A DNA stretch of 64,000 nt from Chitinophagaceae bacterium (GCA_046329585.1 JAXLUI010000001.1:168846-232845), one strand, 5' to 3'. Counted from the first letter of the stretch, positions 38,295 to 49,105 are shown. Numbers and translations: made by a program. Notes: generated by a model not told the origin, from the sequence alone.

Positions 38295-39899
38295 TTATGG
38301 CAGTATAATCTTTTGGGTTTGCACCTTTCCCTGCTGCAACACCTGGAGAATGTATACGCCAGCGGTGTTGCTGCCGCAGTTAAGCACAACTGAATTGTCG
38401 AATGTTTTTTGTGACAACACACGAACTCCATTCATATTATAAATGCTGGCAGTCGCGGCACCTGCATTCAGCAGTTGGATGGTGATTGTTTTGCCGCTTT
38501 GCTGAACAGCAAAAATATTTGTCTTGTCATCTGGATTGTTGATTACTACTGCATTATTGCTGCTGACACTGCTGATAACAGCCGGGCAGGTGGCCGTATT
38601 GCTGCAGGCATTTTTATCTCCGCGGCAACCATAGCGGTAATTTTCGCAATCAACAAAACGCGTGGATGCCAATTTATCTTTCGACCCTTGATTCATGATG
38701 TATTGAAAGAAAGTAGCGGCACGCTGCACAATATAGGTTTGTACTTTTTTATTATTCACGGTGTCGCCGATGCCAAAATCAGAAAGGCCTTCCTCAAGAC
38801 CATGCTTCATGTCGCAATCGATATACAGTTCGGCTTTTTTGTTTAACTGTGTTTTTATTACATCGTATAAGCCCTGGGAGCCAAGCATTTTGAGATCGGG
38901 CTTTTGCTTGCCGTTTGCAGGCAATGTGAAGGTCTTATTGTTCGTACAAAAGCTTTCAGATGCATAGCTGGAACCCTCGGAAAAATACATATCTGCACTG
39001 TTGATATTCACTTCATCATCCATTCCGCCATGAAAAGCGATAAAGGGCGGCAGGTCAGGGCTCTGTTTGATAAAACTTCCCGGGTCAGCTGCATAAGCTT
39101 GAGGTACAGGATACCCCCCCCACATATCAAGTATGCCCTTAATGGTAAAATTGCTGTTGCCTGCATAGCCATCTACATCCACAGGCCCTAAAACATCCTT
39201 TACACCCGTGAACAATTTTGCCGCCATATCACTGGTGAAATAAGCAAGTACCAGGGCAATTTCAGCACCGGAACTTGAGCCGCCGACAAAGATTTTGCTC
39301 GTATCAATTCTATACGCCTCAGTTCTTGCATTTTCACGGGCCACAATAGTTCTGATGGCACCTTTGCTATCCTGCAATGCCCGGTAAAAGGAGAGCCAGT
39401 GACTGGCCGAAGTAAACTTTTTCTGCGGATCTTCTATCCTGCCCCTGCGGTATTCAATATTAAAGGCAACATAACCTCTTTGGGCAAACTCTGTGCAAAC
39501 ATCCTGCGCCCCGCTCTGGGGGTTTGAGCAATCCGAGAAACCACCTGCATGCAGCATAATAAACACCGGTAGTTTATTGGCATCGGAATAGTTGATCTTT
39601 GGATAATACACATCATAATAAAGGTCGCCGTTCCCGTTAACGCAACTCGTTTCCGTTGAACAGGCTTTATTGATGAGCGAGTCGGTGAGGTAGTTAACAT
39701 CGTAGTTGATAAAATTGCGCCGGGAGTAATTCACATTTTCCTCAAGGATAATTTGCGAAGAACTATAAACCGGGTGAATAAGATTTGTGCACGAGGTTAC
39801 TTGTGCGTTGGCACAAAAAGAAACAGACACGAGTATAAAAAGGCATAAAGATGTTTTCTGAACTATCCCGTTTATGGGTGAAAAAAAAGTTGTCCGCAT
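38295..39899 (-). CDS. Secreted alpha/beta-hydrolase esterase/lipase with a T9SS C-terminal sorting domain
   Basis: Signal peptide. GxSxG nucleophile elbow (VGGSSSGAEIAL). The C-terminal CTD is ITIQLLNAGAATASIYNMNGVRVLSQ...GVYILQVLQQGKVQTQKIIL. Confidence 0.7.
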   Translation of the reverse strand: MRTTFFSPINGIVQKTSLCLFILVSVSFCANAQVTSCTNLIHPVYSSSQIILEENVNYSRRNFINYDVNYLTDSLINKACSTETSCVNGNGDLYYDVYYPKINYSDANKLPVFIMLHAGGFSDCSNPQSGAQDVCTEFAQRGYVAFNIEYRRGRIEDPQKKFTSASHWLSFYRALQDSKGAIRTIVARENARTEAYRIDTSKIFVGGSSSGAEIALVLAYFTSDMAAKLFTGVKDVLGPVDVDGYAGNSNFTIKGILDMWGGYPVPQAYAADPGSFIKQSPDLPPFIAFHGGMDDEVNINSADMYFSEGSSYASESFCTNNKTFTLPANGKQKPDLKMLGSQGLYDVIKTQLNKKAELYIDCDMKHGLEEGLSDFGIGDTVNNKKVQTYIVQRAATFFQYIMNQGSKDKLASTRFVDCENYRYGCRGDKNACSNTATCPAVISSVSSNNAVVINNPDDKTNIFAVQQSGKTITIQLLNAGAATASIYNMNGVRVLSQKTFDNSVVLNCGSNTAGVYILQVLQQGKVQTQKIILP

Positions 39900-40237
39900 A
39901 AATGTTAAATGTTGGCCATTAAATATTTTTCATAAGGCAAGATTCGCAAGTGTTTGGATAAAACACAGCAACCTCTCTGGCAGCGGGCAGGCGCAAATGT
40001 AATTTATTTGCAATAGTAAATACCATCCGTAAAAAAAACAAATATGTGATCTTCAGAAATTTATAAACGCCCGGGAACAATTTATACTATCATACCAGGA
40101 ACTCTCCCAGATCGTTTTCTCGTCTGTTTTATTTTAATGAATGGCTCAGGTTGTTCATATCAATCGATGTGCCGCAAAAAACAGGGGCACTAAATATCAT
40201 GGGCGAAGATTAGCCCTGGAAATCATGGGAACACTTA

Positions 40238-41392
40238 TCAGTTATCAATTTTTACCTGGCTCATAAAAGATTGATCTTTCGGATGAATAGAATCAGCCCT
40301 CCATTTGAGTGAAGCTCCGTTTCTCCTGGAGAGAGCGGCCTTTATTTCGGCTACAATGGAGAGTGCAATTTCTTCGGAGGTTTCAGAGCCGATGTCGAGA
40401 CCCGCCGGGCCGAACACTTTTTGCAGCATTTCCGCGGTTATGTCCATGCCCTCGCCACGAAGTTCTTCGAGCATGCGGTCTAATTTTTTCGCCGGGCCGA
40501 GCGACCCTATATAAGCTACATTTCTTTTTAGCAGCGCACGCATCATGGCAAGATCGTAGTGGTAATTGTGCGTCATTAGCAGGAACACGGTTTGGTCATC
40601 AATATCGATCTTCTCCAGCACATGTTCAGGTTTTGATACAAGCACGCTGCAGGATGAACCAAAGCGCTCTTTTTTTGCAAGGGCGGGGCGGCCATCGGCC
40701 ACAGTAATATCCCATCCAAGTATCTGCGCCATATCTGCAACAGGCAGCACATCGTTGCCGGCACCGATGATGATCACCGAAACCACTGGCTTCAGGTATT
40801 CGATAAACGCACTGATGTTTCTTGTTTCTGAGATATAACTTTTAAAAGCCGCCTGCCTGCTTTCGAAAACTTCCGATGCATCGTGCAGTAACAAATCCTG
40901 CAACAGGGGCGCGGCGCCAAAAACACCGCCTGTTTCCTTAACCAGCAAGCAGGTTCCGGGCTGTGCCCCTCTCCTGTCGTCGAGCGAGAACAGCGTTATG
41001 GCTACGGCCTTTTCCCGTTTTGCAGCTGCCTCTCTTAATAAAGTTATCGGTGAAACGGCAGCACCAGGGTCCAGTGGCTCTATCAGCACCTGTATAATTC
41101 CGTTACAGCCGAGGCCAACGCCAAACCCCGCATCATCATCCTCCATCGTGTCGTAAGTGACCAGCATAGCTTTTTGCTGTGCCATTACAAACAACGCCTT
41201 GTTTAGCGCGTCGCCCTCCAGGCAGCCTCCGCTGATGGCACCGGTGAGCTGTCCATCTTCCGTAATAAGCATTCTTGCACCAGGCTTGCGGTAAGAAGAA
41301 CCCTCCACGTGCACAACGGTTGCGAGTGCAGTTTGCTTGCCTTGTTTACAGGCCTCATCGTAAGCGTGTATAATACTTTTAATTTCTTTCAT
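40238..41392 (-). CDS. XdhC/CoxI-family accessory (maturation) protein
   Basis: N-terminal XdhC_CoxI motif ALATVVHVEGSSYRKPGARMLI...GAISGGCLE. C-terminal Rossmann-like region VIIIGAGNDVLPVADMA. Confidence 0.75.
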   Translation of the reverse strand: MKEIKSIIHAYDEACKQGKQTALATVVHVEGSSYRKPGARMLITEDGQLTGAISGGCLEGDALNKALFVMAQQKAMLVTYDTMEDDDAGFGVGLGCNGIIQVLIEPLDPGAAVSPITLLREAAAKREKAVAITLFSLDDRRGAQPGTCLLVKETGGVFGAAPLLQDLLLHDASEVFESRQAAFKSYISETRNISAFIEYLKPVVSVIIIGAGNDVLPVADMAQILGWDITVADGRPALAKKERFGSSCSVLVSKPEHVLEKIDIDDQTVFLLMTHNYHYDLAMMRALLKRNVAYIGSLGPAKKLDRMLEELRGEGMDITAEMLQKVFGPAGLDIGSETSEEIALSIVAEIKAALSRRNGASLKWRADSIHPKDQSFMSQVKIDN

Positions 41393-41467
41393 GGTTAAAC
41401 TGCTGTGCTGTTGACATCTGGTATAAAGATAGAACGCTTTTGCCGGAAATGACCCGGGCCGAAAGCA

Positions 41468-41965
41468 TTAAGATGCAACTTCCAGCCACTCGAAATCAAC
41501 GGATTTGGGGATCTTTTCAAACCCGTCGGTTATAACGGGCGGCGGTGCTGCAAGTTTGCGGATATGGGTGTCTATCCAAGCACCTTCTGCCGTAATAACG
41601 GCAGACAGAATTTGTTCATTTTTCCAGATCTCATGGATCATGGTCCAGCGGCTCATATCCCTCCTCGATTTACGCAGTTGCAGGTTTATCTCAACCTTAT
41701 CACCAAAATGGATCTCTCGCTTGAATACACACTCTTCCCGGAAAAGTATGGGGCCAAAATGAAACTGGTTAAGTACAGACGGAGTGAGGCCGTGTTCATT
41801 CAAAAAAGACATGCGTACAAACGCGCCCCAATCATAGTACACCGAATGCCGGAGATGGAAGTTGGGATCCATATCGCTCCACCTTATTTCAACCTGCTTT
41901 TTATACAATTCCATACCTGTAAATGTAAATCGAAAATTGAGAATGCGGTTTCCCTTCTTATTCAT
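41468..41965 (-). CDS. Acyl-CoA thioesterase (hotdog/4HBT fold). The true start may be the internal Met at 41914.
   Basis: YbgC-like hotdog region (VEIRWSDMDPNFHLRHSVYYDW...FREECVFKREIHFGD). Confidence 0.55.
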   Translation of the reverse strand: MNKKGNRILNFRFTFTGMELYKKQVEIRWSDMDPNFHLRHSVYYDWGAFVRMSFLNEHGLTPSVLNQFHFGPILFREECVFKREIHFGDKVEINLQLRKSRRDMSRWTMIHEIWKNEQILSAVITAEGAWIDTHIRKLAAPPPVITDGFEKIPKSVDFEWLEVAS

Positions 41966-42749
41966 TTACGCCAACCTTAAGCAACAATGGAAACCGGATA
42001 CTGTTGGTTACGCCTTCAGGCCAAACATCATCCAGTTGTTTTAATAAGGCTTCCGTAAACGGGTGTGCCTGGCGCTGCCTGATATAATGCTGCACTGCAC
42101 TCCAGGTATTCAGGTAACCAATAAATTGCTCTTTGCTCCATTTATATTCCATGGCAAAACCGGGTGTTTCCAACAGTTTGAAGGGGAAAGGTATCGTTCG
42201 GTAACCTTCTTCGATATGGCTTCTTTCCTTATCCCAGTAGGGGCCGGTAACATCGTGGTAAACATGATTAAGCCACGGGTCTACTTGATCATTTACGTTC
42301 ATCACGCCATAACCAATTGCTGCGAAGATGGCGCCCGGTTTCAAAATGCGTTTCACCTCCTTAAAAAATGCATCAAAATTAAACCAGTGAATGGCCTGCG
42401 CAACCGTTATAAGATCAAAACAGGCATCTGGGAACGAAGTATGTTCGGCAGCTTCTACCTTGTAAACAATGTTGTCTTTTTGGGGTGCATACGACAATTG
42501 CTTTTCGCTGATGTCGGTTGCATAAACCGTTGTAAACCGTTGCGACAGTACCTCAGCCACCTGCCCGTTGCCGGTGGCCACGTCTAAAGCTGTACTAAAG
42601 TGCTTTACCCGGGTATACAGGAAATCGTATAATGCTTTGGGATACTTTGGCCTGAACGCTGCATATAGCCCGGCCTGTGCAGAAAAATTATCTTTCATAG
42701 GCTGTAAAGCTCCAGAATTATCTTTGACCGGCACGAAACTTTCTGTCAC
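41958..42749 (-). CDS. Class I SAM-dependent methyltransferase
   Basis: Motif I ALDVATGNGQVAEVL, followed by DISEKQL and ILKPGAIFAAIGYG. Confidence 0.75.
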   Translation of the reverse strand: MTESFVPVKDNSGALQPMKDNFSAQAGLYAAFRPKYPKALYDFLYTRVKHFSTALDVATGNGQVAEVLSQRFTTVYATDISEKQLSYAPQKDNIVYKVEAAEHTSFPDACFDLITVAQAIHWFNFDAFFKEVKRILKPGAIFAAIGYGVMNVNDQVDPWLNHVYHDVTGPYWDKERSHIEEGYRTIPFPFKLLETPGFAMEYKWSKEQFIGYLNTWSAVQHYIRQRQAHPFTEALLKQLDDVWPEGVTNSIRFPLLLKVGVNE

Positions 42750-42768
42750 AAAGAATTGTTGTAATTAC

Positions 42769-43236
42769 ATGAAGTACAAAAAACTGTTCCTTTCACTCGG
42801 CATAACATTACTCACCGGGTCCGTTGCAGGCATTGCGACAGCCAATGCAATCAATACCTGGTATTCGTCGCTGAATAAGCCATATTTTAATCCGCCCAAC
42901 TGGCTTTTCGCACCGGTGTGGACCTTACTCTACGTTCTTATGGGCATCGCCTTGTACCTCGTATGGAAACTTCCCCGTTCGGCCGACCGCAACCGGGCCA
43001 TAACAATTTTCTTTGTGCAACTTACCCTCAACTTTTTATGGAGTTTCATTTTTTTCAGTATGCAGCAAACAGGCTGGGCATTCGCTGAAATCGTTCTATT
43101 GCTCATCGCCATCCTTGCCTGCATTTATTTTTTTGAACCGCTTTCCAAACCTGCAACCTGGCTCATGCTACCTTATGCCGCCTGGGTAACTTTTGCATCG
43201 GTGCTCAACTATTCCATCTGGATGCTGAACAAATAA
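42769..43236 (+). CDS. tspO: TspO/MBR family tryptophan-rich sensory protein
   Basis: Five TM helices. Trp-rich motifs WYSSLNKPYFNPPNWLFAPVWTLLY and ASVLNYSIWMLN. The start was trimmed to MKYKKLFLS. Confidence 0.8.
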   Translation: MKYKKLFLSLGITLLTGSVAGIATANAINTWYSSLNKPYFNPPNWLFAPVWTLLYVLMGIALYLVWKLPRSADRNRAITIFFVQLTLNFLWSFIFFSMQQTGWAFAEIVLLLIAILACIYFFEPLSKPATWLMLPYAAWVTFASVLNYSIWMLNK

Positions 43237-43277
43237 TACATTTTCGGGCCTGGCTTTTAACCACGCATTGAACTGTT

Positions 43278-43297
43278 GTTGCGTCGCACACTTCAGC
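43278..43297 (+). repeat. Family-1 repeat (forward, CTTCAGC variant)
   Basis: gttgcgtcgcacacttcagc. It shares the CTTCAGCT tail with the copy at 2809. Confidence 0.8.
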
Positions 43298-43510
43298 TGC
43301 TGAAACGTAGATCATCCATTACACATAACCGTGTTTGTCCCGCTGTCGTATGCGTGCCTGGCGATGGGCGAACAGGAAGCAAAGTACAACTGGGTGATGC
43401 CGGATGGGCCGGCACTATCGCGCAACAGGCGTTGCCACCTGCTTTGCAGCCGGTTCACAAAAACTTTCCTTTATTTAAAGCAGGCCATTTTTTTTACACG
43501 ATATCTTTAC

Positions 43511-45739
43511 ATGAGCATGGATTATGTAAAAGAGTACAAAAGTTTTATCAACAGCCATTACCTGAGCGAGGGCGTGCGCATGACCGCCGGCATTGTATTG
43601 CCCGCACTGGTACTCAGCTATTTTAACCTGCTCGCGGCGGGCACGGTGGTATCGCTCGGTGCAATGAGTGTGAGCATTACCGATAACCCCGGCCCCATTC
43701 ATCACCGCAAGAACGGTATGCTCGCATGCATTGTGATTAACAGTATTGTTGCGTTGGTCACAGGCTTGGCTGCGCCATATCATTTAATGTTAGGCACGCT
43801 TATCTTCCTGTGCTGTTTCCTTTTTTCAATGATCGGTGTGTTCGGTAACCGTGCCAATTCTGTTGGCGTATCGGCACTGCTTATTATGGTGTTGAATATC
43901 GACCGGCACCACGAGGGCTGGGAAGTTGTTATCAATGCCGGGTATGTGCTTGCAGGCGGTCTCTGGTATATGTTACTAAGCCTGGTGCTGTATAGTTTTC
44001 GTCCTTATAAGCTGGCACAGCAGGCTTTGGGCGATTGCATTATTGCCACAGCGGAGTATATGCGCGTACGGGCTACATTTTACGAAAAAGAAGTGGACTA
44101 TGGGCAAACCTACCAGGAAATGCTGGAAAAGCAGATCGTTGTACATGAAAAACAAAACCTTGTAAGGGAACTGCTTTTCAAAAGCAGGCATGTGATAAAA
44201 GAATCGACCAACACGGGTAGAACACTGGTAATGATTTTTACCGATACAGTTGACCTTTTTGAGAGAACGATGAGTTCTTACCATGATTACAAGGCATTGC
44301 ACGAAACTTTCAATGAGACGGACATACTGGAACAATACTACCAGCTCGTGGTCGAACTTAGCAACGAACTTGATGAGATAGGCATTGCTGTTAAGAGCGG
44401 GGCCGCATCGGCAGAAACCGGCCAGCTAGCAAAGCATGTGATCGACACAAAGAACTATTTCAATCACTTTCGCGATAGTAAACGTACGGCTGATAACGTA
44501 GATGGTTTTATCAGCCTGAGGCATATTCTAAACAACATAGAAGACATTGCCGGCCGCATTCACACGCTGCATTTGTATACCACGTACGATAAGAGTATTA
44601 CGAGGCAGGTCGCGCAACCGCTCGACTATGACAAGTTTGTAACGCACGAACCCGTTGACCTGAAATTATTGCCCGATAATCTTTCACTGGAATCAAACAC
44701 CTTCCGGCATGCGGTACGAACAAGCATCGCAACAGTGATTGGCTTTATCATTGCTGCCTTTCTGCCAATAGGCCACAGCTATTGGATCTTGCTTACCATC
44801 ATCGTTATATTAAAACCTGCTTACAGTCTTACCCGGAAAAGAAACTACGAAAGGCTGCTCGGCACCATCATCGGCGCATTGATCGGCTTCGGCATACTAT
44901 ATTTTATCCGCGATAATAACGTGCTGTTCGCCATTATGCTGTTACTCATGATCGGCACCTATAGCCTTATCCGCACGAACTATATGTTCAGCGTAATTTT
45001 TATGACGCCCTATATTTTATTATTATTTCATATACTCAGCAACGCCAGTTTTGAAACCATCATCAGCGACCGCGTTATTGACACCGCTATCGGTTCCGTA
45101 ATAGCTTTCCTGGCAAACATCCTTATACTCCCTGCATGGGAGCAGGAGCAGATAAGTACATATATGCAAAGTGCGATAAACAGCAATAAAAATTATTTCA
45201 GCAACATAGCCGCCGCATTCACAGGAAACCAGGTCAACAACACTGCTTACAAACTCAGCCGGAAAAATGCTTTTGTGGCGCTCGCCAATCTTTCCGACGC
45301 TTTCAGCCGTATGCTTTCTGAGCCAAAGCGAAAACAGAAAAATGCCCGGTCGCTTCACCAGTTCGTAGTGCAGAATCATATGCTTACCTCGCACATTGCA
45401 ACACTGTCCTGGTATGTAAAATCCTATGCCGAAAAGTTCGCGTCAAAAGACTTCATCCCGCTTATTGGCAACACAGTCGCCAAACTCGAAGACGCAGAAA
45501 AAATGATCGCGGAAACACCGGCGGATCATGCGACGCCCGAAACTGTGCCCATGAACTGCATCCAGCAACGCATGCAAAAATTGCTCGAAAAAAGACGGGA
45601 TGAACTGCAGCAGGGTATTCTTGAAAGCGAAACCAAAAAGCAACTGAGCGAGTTTAAACCAATTGCAGACCAATTCAACTTCATTGCCAATATCGCTTCT
45701 GACATCAGGAAGACAAGCGCGCAGTGGATGGAAGAATAA
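43511..45739 (+). CDS. YccS/YhfK (FUSC-like) family integral membrane protein
   Basis: Two multi-TM domains separated by a long cytoplasmic linker. The second domain has FRHAVRTSIATVIGFIIA...LLGTIIGALIGF. The start was trimmed to MSMDYVKEY, downstream of the intergenic repeat. Confidence 0.65.
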   Translation: MSMDYVKEYKSFINSHYLSEGVRMTAGIVLPALVLSYFNLLAAGTVVSLGAMSVSITDNPGPIHHRKNGMLACIVINSIVALVTGLAAPYHLMLGTLIFLCCFLFSMIGVFGNRANSVGVSALLIMVLNIDRHHEGWEVVINAGYVLAGGLWYMLLSLVLYSFRPYKLAQQALGDCIIATAEYMRVRATFYEKEVDYGQTYQEMLEKQIVVHEKQNLVRELLFKSRHVIKESTNTGRTLVMIFTDTVDLFERTMSSYHDYKALHETFNETDILEQYYQLVVELSNELDEIGIAVKSGAASAETGQLAKHVIDTKNYFNHFRDSKRTADNVDGFISLRHILNNIEDIAGRIHTLHLYTTYDKSITRQVAQPLDYDKFVTHEPVDLKLLPDNLSLESNTFRHAVRTSIATVIGFIIAAFLPIGHSYWILLTIIVILKPAYSLTRKRNYERLLGTIIGALIGFGILYFIRDNNVLFAIMLLLMIGTYSLIRTNYMFSVIFMTPYILLLFHILSNASFETIISDRVIDTAIGSVIAFLANILILPAWEQEQISTYMQSAINSNKNYFSNIAAAFTGNQVNNTAYKLSRKNAFVALANLSDAFSRMLSEPKRKQKNARSLHQFVVQNHMLTSHIATLSWYVKSYAEKFASKDFIPLIGNTVAKLEDAEKMIAETPADHATPETVPMNCIQQRMQKLLEKRRDELQQGILESETKKQLSEFKPIADQFNFIANIASDIRKTSAQWMEE

Positions 45740-45796
45740 TTGTATGGGTCATGTTGCAGAATAACAACCTGTTTTTCTTGTACCACAGCGCCGGCC

Positions 45797-45822
45797 CATC
45801 GCCATCGCACATTTGTACTGCA
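45797..45822 (+). repeat. Degenerate family-1 repeat copy
   Basis: catcgccatcgcacatttgtactgca, compared with cttgcgtcgcacacttgtactgca at 10068. Confidence 0.45.
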
Positions 45823-45990
45823 CCACCACAATAGCAGCATTCATAAGGAGCTTTCATTACCCGTTATTCACCTCAGGCAACTAAATAATTGCCCGCGCTT
45901 TGATTCCTCGACATTTTAATATATTTTGTTTCGGCGCCAATTTGATTTATTGGGCCATGAGATTTTTTATCAATAGACAAAGCCTGGAGC

Positions 45991-47958
45991 ATGTTTAAGT
46001 TTCTCTTTTTATCAGCACTCTTTTTTGTATGGCTCAACACATCGGCCCAAAAATTTGAAAAACTAAAACGCAGCGATATTACTGCCGCAGATTTTGAATC
46101 AACTGTGTATAGCATAGATACCAGCGCAGAAGCGGTGGTATTGTTGGACCAGGGTACCATTAACTTCATCAGTAACAAAGCCAACTGGTTTAATAATGTA
46201 TACAAACGTTTCGTAAGAATCAGGGTGTTAAAACAGCCGGGCGTTACCGCGGCAACGCATGAAATAGTGCTTTATAATGATGCTGAAGACAACCAGGAAG
46301 TGTTGAGCGACATAAAAGGTACTACATACAATCTTGAAAATGGCAAACTGGTCAGCACGGCGTTGGATCCTGCAGGTATTTTTGAAGACAGGCTTAATAA
46401 AAACCACAGTGCAAAAAAATTTACGCTGCCCGCAGTAAAGGAAGGTTCTATCATTGATTTAAGCTATACAATTACCTCACCGTTCAATTTCAGTTTAAGG
46501 ACCTGGTTTTTCCAAAACACCTGGTACCCCACTTTGCAAAGCGACTACCAGGTTGCCATTCCCGGAACGCTAAATTACGTCATCAAAAAAACAGGGCTTG
46601 ATTCTTTTGCCACAACCTCAAAATGGGAAACGAGGGAAAGCTTTATGTTTAACGAACTAAATGCGTCAACCCAGGTGAACTACTATCATTGGAATATGAA
46701 AAATATACCTGCGTTAAAGATTGAAAAATTTATTTCAGCAGCATCCAACTACGCAGATAAACTGGAGTTTCAGCTTGCTTCAACATACAATGGTGAATCT
46801 ACCCACGATATTGCAGGTGATTGGACCAAGACGGCAGACTTTCTTTTACAATCACCTGACTTCGGTGAAGCTATATCGGAACAGGTAAATATTCCCGCAC
46901 TTGACAATACGATGGTGCTAACTGCAGACAAGCTGGCTAAAGCCAAAAAAACTTTCTACTACATACAAAGTAATTTTTCCTGCACGTCACACAACTATTT
47001 TTTTGTGCAGACCAACCTGCAAAATGTAGTTAAAAAAGCAAGAGGAAATGTAGGCGAGATCAACCTTTTATTGATTAACAAGCTCAGGCAATATAACATT
47101 AGTGCAGAGCCGGTGATTGTAAGCACAAGAGAGAATGGATTTGCTTACACCAAATACCCAATGGTCGCCAATTTCAACTACCTGGTCTGCAAGGTTTATA
47201 TTGATGATCAGCTTTATTATCTCGACGCTTCTCAACCCTTACTTGGCTTTGGAAAAATACCAGTCGACTGTTATAATGATATCGCGGTTGAAATTATCAA
47301 AAACCCGGAAACGGTGCTGCTTTCAGCAGATTCACTTAAAGAAACCAGGCAAACAACGCTTTTTGTATTTAATGCTGACAAGGGTATGGAAGGCACTTAT
47401 GTTAGTAATGAAAGTGAAGCTTCATCGTACGATATCCGGCAACAATTATTAAAAACCAGCCAACAGCAATTGATAGACAATTTTAAGAATCGTTTTACGG
47501 TTCCTGTGAAGATTAGTGATACAGAAATTGACTCCTTGCAGCAAACCGAATACCCGGTGACCATAAAATTCAACTTTGCATTTGACCAGGGGAATGATGA
47601 TATCATTTATTTCAACCCGTTGATGATGCCGGTTGTTGGCGAAAACTATTTTAAAACCGAGAACCGCTTATACCCCGTTGAATTGCCTTACTGCAACGAT
47701 GAAACGTTTACCCTCAACATGGAAATCCCCAAAGGCTATATAGTGGATGAATTGCCAAAGTCAGTGCGCGTAAATCTCAACGACGCCGATGGATCTTTTG
47801 AATACCTCGTGGGGAAAACAGCCACTAATATTCAGTTCAAGTTTCGGTTAAAAATAAACAAGGCCTATTTTGCGCCCGACGACTATGCTACGCTCCGCGA
47901 TTTTTATGCATTTGTAGTAAAAAAGGAAGCAGAACAAATTGTTTTTAAAAAACAATAA
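45991..47958 (+). CDS. Hypothetical secreted protein, 655 aa, possibly a DUF3857/transglutaminase-associated family member
   Basis: Signal peptide MFKFLFLSALFFVWLNTSAQ. The family guess comes from size and composition only. Confidence 0.45.
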   Translation: MFKFLFLSALFFVWLNTSAQKFEKLKRSDITAADFESTVYSIDTSAEAVVLLDQGTINFISNKANWFNNVYKRFVRIRVLKQPGVTAATHEIVLYNDAEDNQEVLSDIKGTTYNLENGKLVSTALDPAGIFEDRLNKNHSAKKFTLPAVKEGSIIDLSYTITSPFNFSLRTWFFQNTWYPTLQSDYQVAIPGTLNYVIKKTGLDSFATTSKWETRESFMFNELNASTQVNYYHWNMKNIPALKIEKFISAASNYADKLEFQLASTYNGESTHDIAGDWTKTADFLLQSPDFGEAISEQVNIPALDNTMVLTADKLAKAKKTFYYIQSNFSCTSHNYFFVQTNLQNVVKKARGNVGEINLLLINKLRQYNISAEPVIVSTRENGFAYTKYPMVANFNYLVCKVYIDDQLYYLDASQPLLGFGKIPVDCYNDIAVEIIKNPETVLLSADSLKETRQTTLFVFNADKGMEGTYVSNESEASSYDIRQQLLKTSQQQLIDNFKNRFTVPVKISDTEIDSLQQTEYPVTIKFNFAFDQGNDDIIYFNPLMMPVVGENYFKTENRLYPVELPYCNDETFTLNMEIPKGYIVDELPKSVRVNLNDADGSFEYLVGKTATNIQFKFRLKINKAYFAPDDYATLRDFYAFVVKKEAEQIVFKKQ

Positions 47959-48027
47959 ATCACGAAGGTCTAATGGCTTTGAAATCAAAAAACAATCCTT
48001 TACCTTACTGTAAATAGACAATTTACC

Positions 48028-48417
48028 ATGGAAGAAAAATATCCTGATCTTTCTGAAAGAGTGCAATCTACTTTTATTGATACAGTTTTTGTTGTCATCA
48101 TGTGCTTTGCATTTGCCACCATGCTCGATCATTATGAAAATGCTCCTGACGGGTTAAGAATAGCAATGTTCATCGGCATTTTTTTTGCCTACGAGCCGGT
48201 TTGCCAGGTGGCTGGCTGCACAATCGGAAACTACCTGAAAAAAATAAGAGTTAAAAAATATAAAGATACATCGAAGCGGCTAAATATGATACAAGCGATG
48301 ATTCGCTATCCGGTAAAATTGCTGTTGGGATGGATTTCATTTCTTACAATCAACAGCAATCCAAAAAGAAGAGCCATACACGATCTTGCTTCAGGCAGTG
48401 TAATGATTAAAATTTGA
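48028..48417 (+). CDS. RDD-family small membrane protein
   Basis: Three TM segments and a C-terminal RRAIHDLASGSVMIKI. Confidence 0.55.
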   Translation: MEEKYPDLSERVQSTFIDTVFVVIMCFAFATMLDHYENAPDGLRIAMFIGIFFAYEPVCQVAGCTIGNYLKKIRVKKYKDTSKRLNMIQAMIRYPVKLLLGWISFLTINSNPKRRAIHDLASGSVMIKI

Positions 48418-48553
48418 ACTAAGTTTCCCAAAAACACTTGAATTATACCGCCCAACCGAGCAGTTCTGGCACATGGATAACAACGAACAAAGCGGTCGGC
48501 AAAATATGATCGCCACCTCTGCCATAGGTGGCGATCATATTGTATAAAAATTA

Positions 48554-49105
48554 TTAGAAACGCCTGTCTCTTGCAAAAGCGCCCCGGTATACAATTTTGC
48601 CGTCTTTCAATTGCCATCTTTCCATATAGGTGGTGGAATCTTTTTTACCTTTCTTGTCGGTGGTCACCTCTTTCATCCAGGTTGCTACCCAGTCTTCGTT
48701 CTTATCAACGCTGTGTAGCGGCATGTAGGCAATAAACGATTCATTAACGCTTACAAAACCAGTCCTGAATTCCTTCACCATTTTGATCGCGTCGGCTTTG
48801 CTCATATTTCGTTCAACAGCATTGTAGTTGATAGATCGTACACTGTCTGCGAGATAATTTGACAAATCATCAATACGGTTCTCTTCAATAGCTTTGTAAA
48901 CATTCAGCACTGTCACCACATCTTTCGGGTTGCCGATCTTCCAGTCGGCAGAGTACATTGCCGGGAAGGGATAACTAACCGGTGCCTCGGCGGGTGCCGC
49001 CGCTGAGGTGGAATCGGCCACGGTTTCAAAAGACTTTTCGGCAGAGGGCGAACTACAGGATAGTAAGCCAGCGGCGATGATAGCAGCTACACTTATTTTC
49101 TTCAT
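48554..49105 (-). CDS. Hypothetical lipoprotein
   Basis: Lipobox-like LLSCSS after the signal peptide. No family was recognised. Confidence 0.5.
   Translation of the reverse strand: MKKISVAAIIAAGLLSCSSPSAEKSFETVADSTSAAAPAEAPVSYPFPAMYSADWKIGNPKDVVTVLNVYKAIEENRIDDLSNYLADSVRSINYNAVERNMSKADAIKMVKEFRTGFVSVNESFIAYMPLHSVDKNEDWVATWMKEVTTDKKGKKDSTTYMERWQLKDGKIVYRGAFARDRRF

Noticed and set aside
24689-40011. GCAAAT-N-ATTTGC palindromes at 24689-24698 and 39993-40011 as a candidate transcription-factor site
   Set aside because: There are only two loosely related instances, both AT-rich. This is below what I would call a motif without genome-wide enrichment.
40166-40187. Hairpin GTGCC-N12-GGCAC downstream of the XdhC-like gene, as a terminator
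   Set aside because: There is no U-tract following the stem on the minus strand. At best it is a weak structure.
43331-43510. Upstream extension of the YccS-like ORF to 43331 (802 aa)
   Set aside because: The extension overlaps promoter-like sequence and lies adjacent to the family-1 repeat at 43278. The conserved protein begins at MSMDYVKEY, at 43511.
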